DNA from: Octopus vulgaris
Taxonomy: Eukaryota
Length of the DNA: 64,000 bases
Assembly: GCA_951406725.2 (NCBI GenBank)
Contig: OX597821.1
Span: 60,822,001 to 60,886,000, forward strand
Direction: 5' to 3'
Positions 56,294-64,000 of the stretch are shown here, in pieces. The first letter of the stretch is position 1, and each line of letters starts with the position of its first letter. Under the pieces are notes generated by a model that saw only the letters and a program-made list of their open reading frames with translations, had not been told where the DNA came from and did not search any database. Position numbers and translations under genes: made by a program.

Positions 56294-56711
56294 AGTACCT
56301 ATATAAACAAGACTAATTAGGCTGTTTCTCGATTAGAAAAAAATGATGAACATCCTTAATCGATTTTCAGATCTTAATGGATTCTCGTCAGAGTCGTCTA
56401 AATCAATTTGAGAGGGTGAGTCAGGGCTTTTAGGATGTTGTTATAGTAGTGGTGGTGATGTTGGTGGTGGGGGTGGTGGGGGTGCCTCCCAGTGTTTTTC
56501 TGGCACATAGGACACCAACCCGGTTTAACCTACACTGGATTAATATGTCCCTTTGACAAGTTTTGTTTCCAGTCCTGCAGAATTTCCAGCAACCCACCTC
56601 ATCAGACTCGCCCGATGAGGAGCTAGTTTAGATGTCAATGATTCCACTATGTTACAGGTAGTACCTCTATTCTCTGCTACTAGTAGCACTCATGAGAGAC
56701 TTCACAAGATA

Positions 56712-56773
<62 letters not shown>

Positions 56774-57434
56774 TGCTGGAATTTTTGACACGAGCCAAAT
56801 ACAGCAAAGTACTCCAAATCGTTGATAGAGTATCCGCATAAGTAGAGTATGGACCAGCTAGTTTGTATTGACAGCGAGTCTTATGAGTTGTAATAATGAA
56901 GTCAAACCAAATACTGATGATTTTGAAATAATTTAATTCGTACGTTTCAAGTTTGCATGATATATAACAGGAAATGAATCCATTACGTAATACCTTCCTC
57001 AGTTTAAATTTAGATACACACACATACATATAGATATGTATATGCACGCATATGCAGAAAAACACATAATTATACATAGTCACACGCACATATAGAGAAT
57101 GTGTGTGTGTGTGTGTGTGTGTATTTGTTTGTGCAACTATAACTCTGACTGAAGTCCAGAACTTTTGTTATACACGCATACATACGCACATGTACAGTCA
57201 TAAAACCTAAAAACGTAGAAATAGTAAAAATATAACTTATAACCTCTTTACCTATCTATCCGTCTATCTCACTGTCTCTACCCACCCCTCTTTATCTCTC
57301 TTTCACTCATATACACACATCTATTCTCTCATGTATACAATATTAGAATATCTCAGTTCATCTGTCTATATCTCTGTCTCTCTCTTTATAATATATATGT
57401 GTGTATTTTTATGTTTTTGTGTATGTATAATATG

Positions 57435-57470
<36 letters not shown>

Positions 57471-57526
57471 TATATACACATACATAGCCTTTTATATATA
57501 TTATATATATTTATATGTAATATACA

Positions 57527-57565
<39 letters not shown>

Positions 57566-57616
57566 ATCCGTATACATATGTATGCGTGTATATGAGAATG
57601 TTTCCCTCTCTCACTT

Positions 57617-57651
<35 letters not shown>

Positions 57652-58022
57652 AGTTATTGATAAATGTATAGCATATATTGTCCATGGCGCAAAAGCACAT
57701 ACACATATATCAATATGTTCTTCATTAAGTCAGATAAATTATATCCAAGTAACAAATTATATACTTCAAACTAGTTTCCTCACCACAAAGACGTAGCATT
57801 TTATAAAGAATAACCTATTTCTGTTTAGTAGCAATTTAGATATTGGAACAATAATATTTCAAATTAATCATAAATCATATCTATGTCTGAATGATTAATA
57901 CCTTTTTCTTTTGCCAGAGAAAAACATAAATCTTGTGTGAGAAATTGTATATAAATTATTATAAATCGCAAAATTCTGTATGTTAATATTTATACTTCTT
58001 ATTTTATCATTATGTTCTGAAG

Positions 58023-58099
58023 GAATTATCCGTAAAAGACTCACTGCTCTAACTATAGGTGGATTCAATGGGAAATCATTTACGGGCGAACTTGGGGAA
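58023..58099 (+). CDS. Pif/LamG3-like gene, coding exon 6
   Basis: Phase 1 start. GIIRKRLTALTIGGFNGKSFTGELGE (LamG L.IGG....F.G.l.e motif). Donor GAA|gtaagt. Confidence 0.88.
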
Positions 58100-58849
58100 G
58101 TAAGTATAAACGCTTGAAATGAACATTTAATAATAATGTGTGGTGGAAGGATTGTTGGTGTAATACTAATGCTTTTGTTGCTTGTGTAACTTTCTAATGT
58201 TTTTTGATTTGAAGGGGTGCAGTCTAGTGGATAGGGTTTTGAACCCGCGATCGCAAGATCAAGGTTTGATTCCCAGACTAGGCAAAAAACACATCATTTC
58301 ATGTTGTTCCAGTTAAGTCCAGTCCATTCCAGTCCAGTCCACACGTCCGGAAAATGAGTAACCTCGAGAGAGACTGACGTCCCGTTGAAAGAATAAATTG
58401 TGAACTCGGTTACTTATACGCCATTCAAAACGGTCAATCATTTCTATGAGTCCTAGAACTCGAGACAGTACCTATTTACATGCATGTTCCTCGAAAGAAG
58501 AAACAAAAAGAATATAATAATGATTAACCAAATTCCACTGTCTAATCTGAGAGCTGCTTATAATTACATTTTTCAAACGTTGAAATGTTTCTGTAGAAAG
58601 ATTGTTAAAGTAACATTCTTTTATATACGACTACAGGCACACATGCACAAATCTGAAAAGTGTCGTATTGTATTTGTAGCTTAGTTGCCAAATGTACATT
58701 TTGATCATGGTTGTATGATCAGAAAAAAAAAGGATTGTATATAAAATACCTACATATATACGAAATTATCTCTATAGGATCAAAAGAAAGGGGAAATAAA
58801 AGGAATTGGTTAGATTAATACAGTGTGAAAATGACAGAATTCAGAATGT

Positions 58850-60180
58850 GACTTGATCGTTGCCAACTGGCACATAAAACTGACATTTTATTGGCGATAT
58901 CTTATCAATTTCTAAAAGAAAGCTCTCAGTGGGGATATCAATATACGAAGCTGGATGGCATTAGCGCAAACAATTCTGATACCAAAGAACAAAGCTGCTC
59001 ACATGACGGAGAGCTATCGGCAAATTGCATGTCAGAAGCTAATGTATAAAGTGTATACTGCCTATTTCAGCTTATTTCTCTAGGATTTCCGTAATAACAA
59101 CAACATAATTACGGTCAAAATAACAGCTGGAGCGAAAGTAATTTGTATATGTGCTAAACCAACCTCTAATCAACAAAATGTCGCATGAGAGGTCCAACGG
59201 CCTACAACGAATGTTGTTAGAGCGTGGCTATATTACAAGAAAGTATTCTTCGTTCATAGTGGCTAGTGGCCATACGATTTGCTAAAGATTCACAAACCAT
59301 AATCAAACCAAAAACAACATGACGTCATCTTCGGTCATTATCAGGAATCGATTACATTATATGCAGGAAGTGATTATATTATATATAATGCAGGAAGCGA
59401 TAATATGATATCTTTGTTATGTTGTTTATAGAGGTAGTAAATCTTTTATCTCTTCTCTTGAAGAAATCTGAGGGTTATGGTTCTGACATAACACTAACCA
59501 GTTACACGAACACTAACCAGATACAAAGCATTATTGTTGATAAGCTGAACAGTTATGCTAAAAGTATGAATGACATAAAGAAGAGTAATAAGTTGCAACA
59601 TTCTCAGAAGACATAGGGATGGATTTTGGACAAATATTCTTAAATAATTGTAAACAAGAAAAAATTACAAGCTACACTAGACACATCACTACCGATATAT
59701 TTACAAGTGGCTAAAGCTGGACCAGAACAAGTTCAATCATACTACTAGCGGTAAGTCGTATAATCAGATGTTCCACCTGGATGACAAACATTTGCCCACG
59801 GTGCTCTCTACATACGATAGATCACACTATGTGGAATGTTACAGTACTATTACTAGCATTTATTTTACTTGATCAGAGTGAATGAGACATTAGGGCTATT
59901 AATATTGAACTAATAATAACCAACAGAAACTCCGATTCCAACAGCAAATTGACTACCTTTACAAAGGATGCAAAGCAGAAGATTGTTTTAGCATTTTTCT
60001 AAACAGTGTTTGAGCATTGCATCATCTGTTTCGACGGCAACTACTAAGCACCAAGGACAGGCAAAGATATTGCGCAGTGGAGCAGAAAACAATTATCTTG
60101 CAGACGTAAATATAATGTGGGAAATAACTGAAAAGAAAAGAAAAACAACTTCTGTGACAATCTAGTGAGAAACCGAGGTA
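58850..60180 (+). mobile_element. Possible very old DNA-transposon relic (Academ-like?)
   Basis: Only short broken motifs, such as FEHCIICFDG..KD near 60010-60070; no long ORF. Confidence 0.2.
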
Positions 60181-60779
60181 TCACATCCACAGTATTATGT
60201 TATGAGTGTGTAACTGTCTATGTGAATAGGGACGAGTGACTATGACGTTTGTGAGTGCGTGCGTATGTAACATGCGTGTGTGTGTATGTGTGTGTGTGTG
60301 TATGTGTGTGTGTGTGTGTGTGTTGTGTGTAGCAGTTGATGTGTGCTGTTTTACGTGGGGTGTGCACATGTGTGTATATATGTGTGTGTGCGTTTGTGAC
60401 CAAAATTGTGCATGTGTATAGTGTATATATATATATATATATATATATGGGCGAAATTTATCTTTGTCTATGCATGTGTTAATGCGTGTTGCGCGTATGT
60501 GTACATATCTGCATTCATTGGAATATTTGATTATATAACTAACTAACGTACACTTATTCAGAAACAGGACTTCATAACTAACTGTAGAACTACAATAAAG
60601 AACCATTGGTGGACGTTGAAGATTATGCAAAACATTTCAGAAGTTTAACCTGAATGTCTCTGGGCATGCGTGTTTAAGAGTACATGTACACTCAAGTTTA
60701 TTACATGTGTACAAGGTGCATTCAAGAAAACTAACTTAGACTAATATTATGACCGACCTAGATAACTATACCTAATAAG

Positions 60780-61240
60780 CTGCTGTTGCATATTGAAGGA
60801 GACGGATGTAGCAGCACTTTTAACACACTCTCCTGAACACTGCTTGTCACAGTGTAGCAGTTTGCAGATTTGCAGTCGGGACGTGAAGACAATTTGGAAG
60901 ATCAGTATGCAATAAAGTTTTATGTTAACTGGGCAAAACTGCTACAAAATCTTATGAAATGCTCAATACAGCTTATGGATTTACTTGTATTAGCCACGCT
61001 GCTGTTTTTCGCCGGCAAAAAAGGTTAGGTGAAAGAAGTCCACCAGGAAGTTCATGATGATCCTCTTTTTAACAGCAAGGGCATCATTTACAACCACTGG
61101 GTTCCCTTTGGTTAGACAGTCAACAAAGAGTACTTTGTGGATGTTTTGAGGGAGTTCAGGAAGAGATTTCGTCACAAAAGGCCAGAACCCTTCCACTTGG
61201 CTCTTGCACAGGACTCTGCACCAGTCCACCATTCCATCTT
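60780..61240 (+). mobile_element. Internally deleted mariner relic
   Basis: QYAIKF..GKTATKSYEMLNTAYG followed by KFMMILF..SKGIIYNHWVPFG*TVNKEYFVDVLREFRKRFRHKRPE. Confidence 0.75.
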
Positions 61241-61594
61241 ATTTCATAATAATCCATGCCAGCCCAAAACTGCGTGAGGGAACCTAGTTTATCAAAGTCC
61301 TAAAGATGAAACATTCTGCACGCCAGTACAGTGTTAATCATGAATATATATCACAATAAGTGCAGAAAGATGACAATATTGAAAAGAAGTGTAGCCTCTT
61401 TCAAAAATATGTCTAATCAGCTGCTTCATAATATACATTTTTACCAGGACCATAAATTTACATTTGTGCCTATGAATCCTTGAAAGACTTTGCTATGTGT
61501 TTAAGTAATTATTTTGAAAATGCTGGAGATATCAGACAAAGAAAGAAACAATCTTATCTTTCTTGAAAATGAAAATCCTACTATGCAGTTATTA

Positions 61595-62950
61595 CACAAT
61601 GTAACACACGTTTTGTTTACTTGTATTTTTTAATGTTCCTATATGCATTTTTTGCCACTAAATTAAAAAAATCACATTCGTTTTGACGTAACATCGATAG
61701 TTATTTATTTATTTCTAATATCATATTTGCTCGTTATATTTGTAACTTTTCTCTACAGCACTTTGTTGGTTCAATCTATTCTGTATTGTAAGGATAATTA
61801 CACAAAATTTAGTACTTTTTTTAATATATTGAAAGGTATTTATGAAGTATAATATTAGTTAGAATAAAAAGAAACATTAAAACTCTGCACTGTAAATGCC
61901 TTGATAACTCTTTTCTTAAGATGAGAAGTGCTTTGACGATCGAGATTTTCTGGAGTGTATACCTTCATCTCTTCTGACTAGAGACCATATATAATCTCCC
62001 ATCATAGCAGTATTCCATCGTCCTTGGTATCTTCTTTCCATAGTTGCGACGTCCTGATGAAATCTCTCACCATGATCCTCACTTCACGGCGTTTCCAGTA
62101 CACAGATGTCTTGCAGTCTTCCCCCAGTAGATTCCATTCCTTCAAACTTCATGAAAGTTCAGCTCCTGACTTAGTAAGACCTAGATCCCTGATTAAATCA
62201 TCTAGCTCACTCTGATTTGGAAAGTGTGGCTTTGAAGTCGTTCATGGTACGAAAGCTTCCTCCATTTCTTGGCTTCTGCTACTTGTTGACTCTTCAGATG
62301 AAATATTTTCTGGTGGTAGTAGTACTCGTAAACTGTCAGGTTTCCTAGATGATGGTAATTCTGGATACTGAAGAGCTTGTCTTCTTTTCACTTTTCTGTA
62401 CTTTGTCACATCGATCATACAAAAGTAACAGTCATCGTGATGGTTCTTTGGCTCTCTCCATACCCTTGGAATGGCAAAAGGCATTGACCTTCCTGTACCT
62501 CTTAACCATCATTCTAGAGTAGACTGACAGCTTCCACATATCACATGTGGGAGCCCATGATTTGTCCTGGTCATCCATGGGCATTCCGAAATAGTCTGTA
62601 CGCTATCCACAATTTAGCACCCTTCACGACCTTATGTAATACCTGCTATTTTCCAATATAATAACCACACACATAGCATAATGTATCTGGAGAATTTTTA
62701 CATACTCTAGTAGCCATCCTGAAAGTAGCACAACTTAGTAATTGGTCTGAAAGAGAAAATTAGGCATACATTTAATAGCGGAACATTATAACAATACCGA
62801 ATATATAATAACATTGAAAGTCAACATATTTTTTTAACTGTTGATGATACACAAAAAATAATTTCATTTTTGGAATCAGCAGAAAAAATGGATTGATAAA
62901 CAATAAAAAAGTACAATAAACAAATTTGTTTTGAAAATTGTTACGTTGTG
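61595..62950 (-). mobile_element. Chapaev3-type DNA transposon, internally deleted
   Basis: TTA|CACAATGTAACA ... TGTTACGTTGTG|TTA. Transposase pieces MATRVCKNSPDTLCYVCG (ATG 62717), WAPHVICGSC, MPFAIPRVWREPKNHHDDCYFC and HGERFHQDVATMERRYQGRWNTAMMGDYIW. Confidence 0.8.
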
Positions 62951-63354
62951 TTATTCACAAACTGCAGTGTTGGAGATTTTGTTCAAACTTAGAAATTAGC
63001 CGCTTTTTTATAGGAATAATTCAAATAATTCGAGCAAAAAGACATACGTATATAGGTGCATATACACAAAACAGATAAATTGATCACGTTTGTCTTTCAG
63101 CATAAATTCATCGCTTATATGAAAACTGAATTATAGTGACTGGCTTTCAACCTGTTGACTTTGATATAAAGATGTTTGACTTCATTTGGGAATAGAAGAC
63201 ATGTAAATTAAACACCCTGTGAGCACTTCTCTTACCATGTGATCGACACTACTGTTCTTGAATATATACATGCTTTAGGAGAATCAATGTATTCTGAAAG
63301 CATTGTTGATTGTGTTGATTACAGTTGTCTTACTAGTAAATATTTTTGTTTTTT

Positions 63355-63665
63355 TACGCCCTTTTCAAGCCTAGCCAGGCTCATGGGCCCGGTTTCCCGG
63401 TTTCTGTGGCGAATGTGTCCCCACCCCCAGCGGGACGGGACGTCAGTCCATCGCAGCGTTACTCAAGAAACAGGAAGTGAGAGAGAGAGTGAGAGAAAGT
63501 TGTGGCGAAAGAGTACAACAGGGGTCGCCCCCAGCCTTCGGGAGACTCGTGGAGCTTTTAGGTGCTTTCGCTCAATAAAGACAGATAACGCCCGGTCTGG
63601 GAATGGAAACCGCAATCCTCCGACCGCGAGTCTGCTGCCCTAACCACTGGGCCATTGCGCCTCCA
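63355..63665 (-). mobile_element. SINE family C, short-tail variant
   Basis: Reverse complement of 39262-39570. Confidence 0.88.
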
Positions 63666-63872
63666 GTAAACGTTTCAGTGCATCCGAAATACGAGAGAAA
63701 TGTAAGAACGAACGAGGAAACTGGTGAATGCTGTCATGAAGTTAGAACGTCATCCTCTGACTTCTGCACGTTCACCATCGTGATAATAGCAAGAACATTC
63801 ATCATTAGTTTATTCATTAATTATCACTTTAACCGATTCACAATATTTAATTATTCATATTTGATTTTGCAG

Positions 63873-63911
63873 TTTCAACTGTTCACATGCATTCCGGAGA
63901 ACGCCCAGTAA
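63873..63911 (+). CDS. Pif/LamG3-like gene, terminal coding exon 7
   Basis: attttgcAG acceptor, phase 0. FQLFTCIPENAQ then TAA; supplies the last LamG strand and the closing Cys. Confidence 0.8.
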   Translation, partial: FQLFTCIPENAQ

Positions 63912-64000
63912 TAATATAACGGTTAGAAGGACAGTCAAGGATAACACCAGACCGGTGAAACAGACGCAATTATAACTTTCTTTTTGCCAGATTAATAACA

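Overview
AT-rich, microsatellite-saturated eukaryotic DNA. The SINE families and the density of (TA)n, (TATC)n, (TACA)n and (AAT)n tracts suggest an octopod cephalopod (inference, not a database result). I could assemble one complete host gene by hand: 7 coding exons on the + strand (35894-63911, 278 aa). It encodes a secreted protein with a signal peptide, a 4-Cys chitin-binding-like module and a laminin-G/concanavalin-like domain, i.e. a minimal Pif/LamG3-like protein. The rest is mostly transposon debris: three tRNA-derived SINE families, RTE and R4/Dong-type LINE fragments (Dong pieces stacked in (AAT)n), Penelope-type remnants with minimal hammerhead-ribozyme motifs, two head-to-tail Helitrons, three mariner relics, an internally deleted Chapaev3 transposon with both ends and a TTA TSD, a tiny solo-LTR-like insert and a truncated 5S rRNA pseudogene. 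Nearly all ORF-track entries are microsatellite translations. Family names come from motif recognition only. Repeat boundaries are approximate unless a TSD is quoted.
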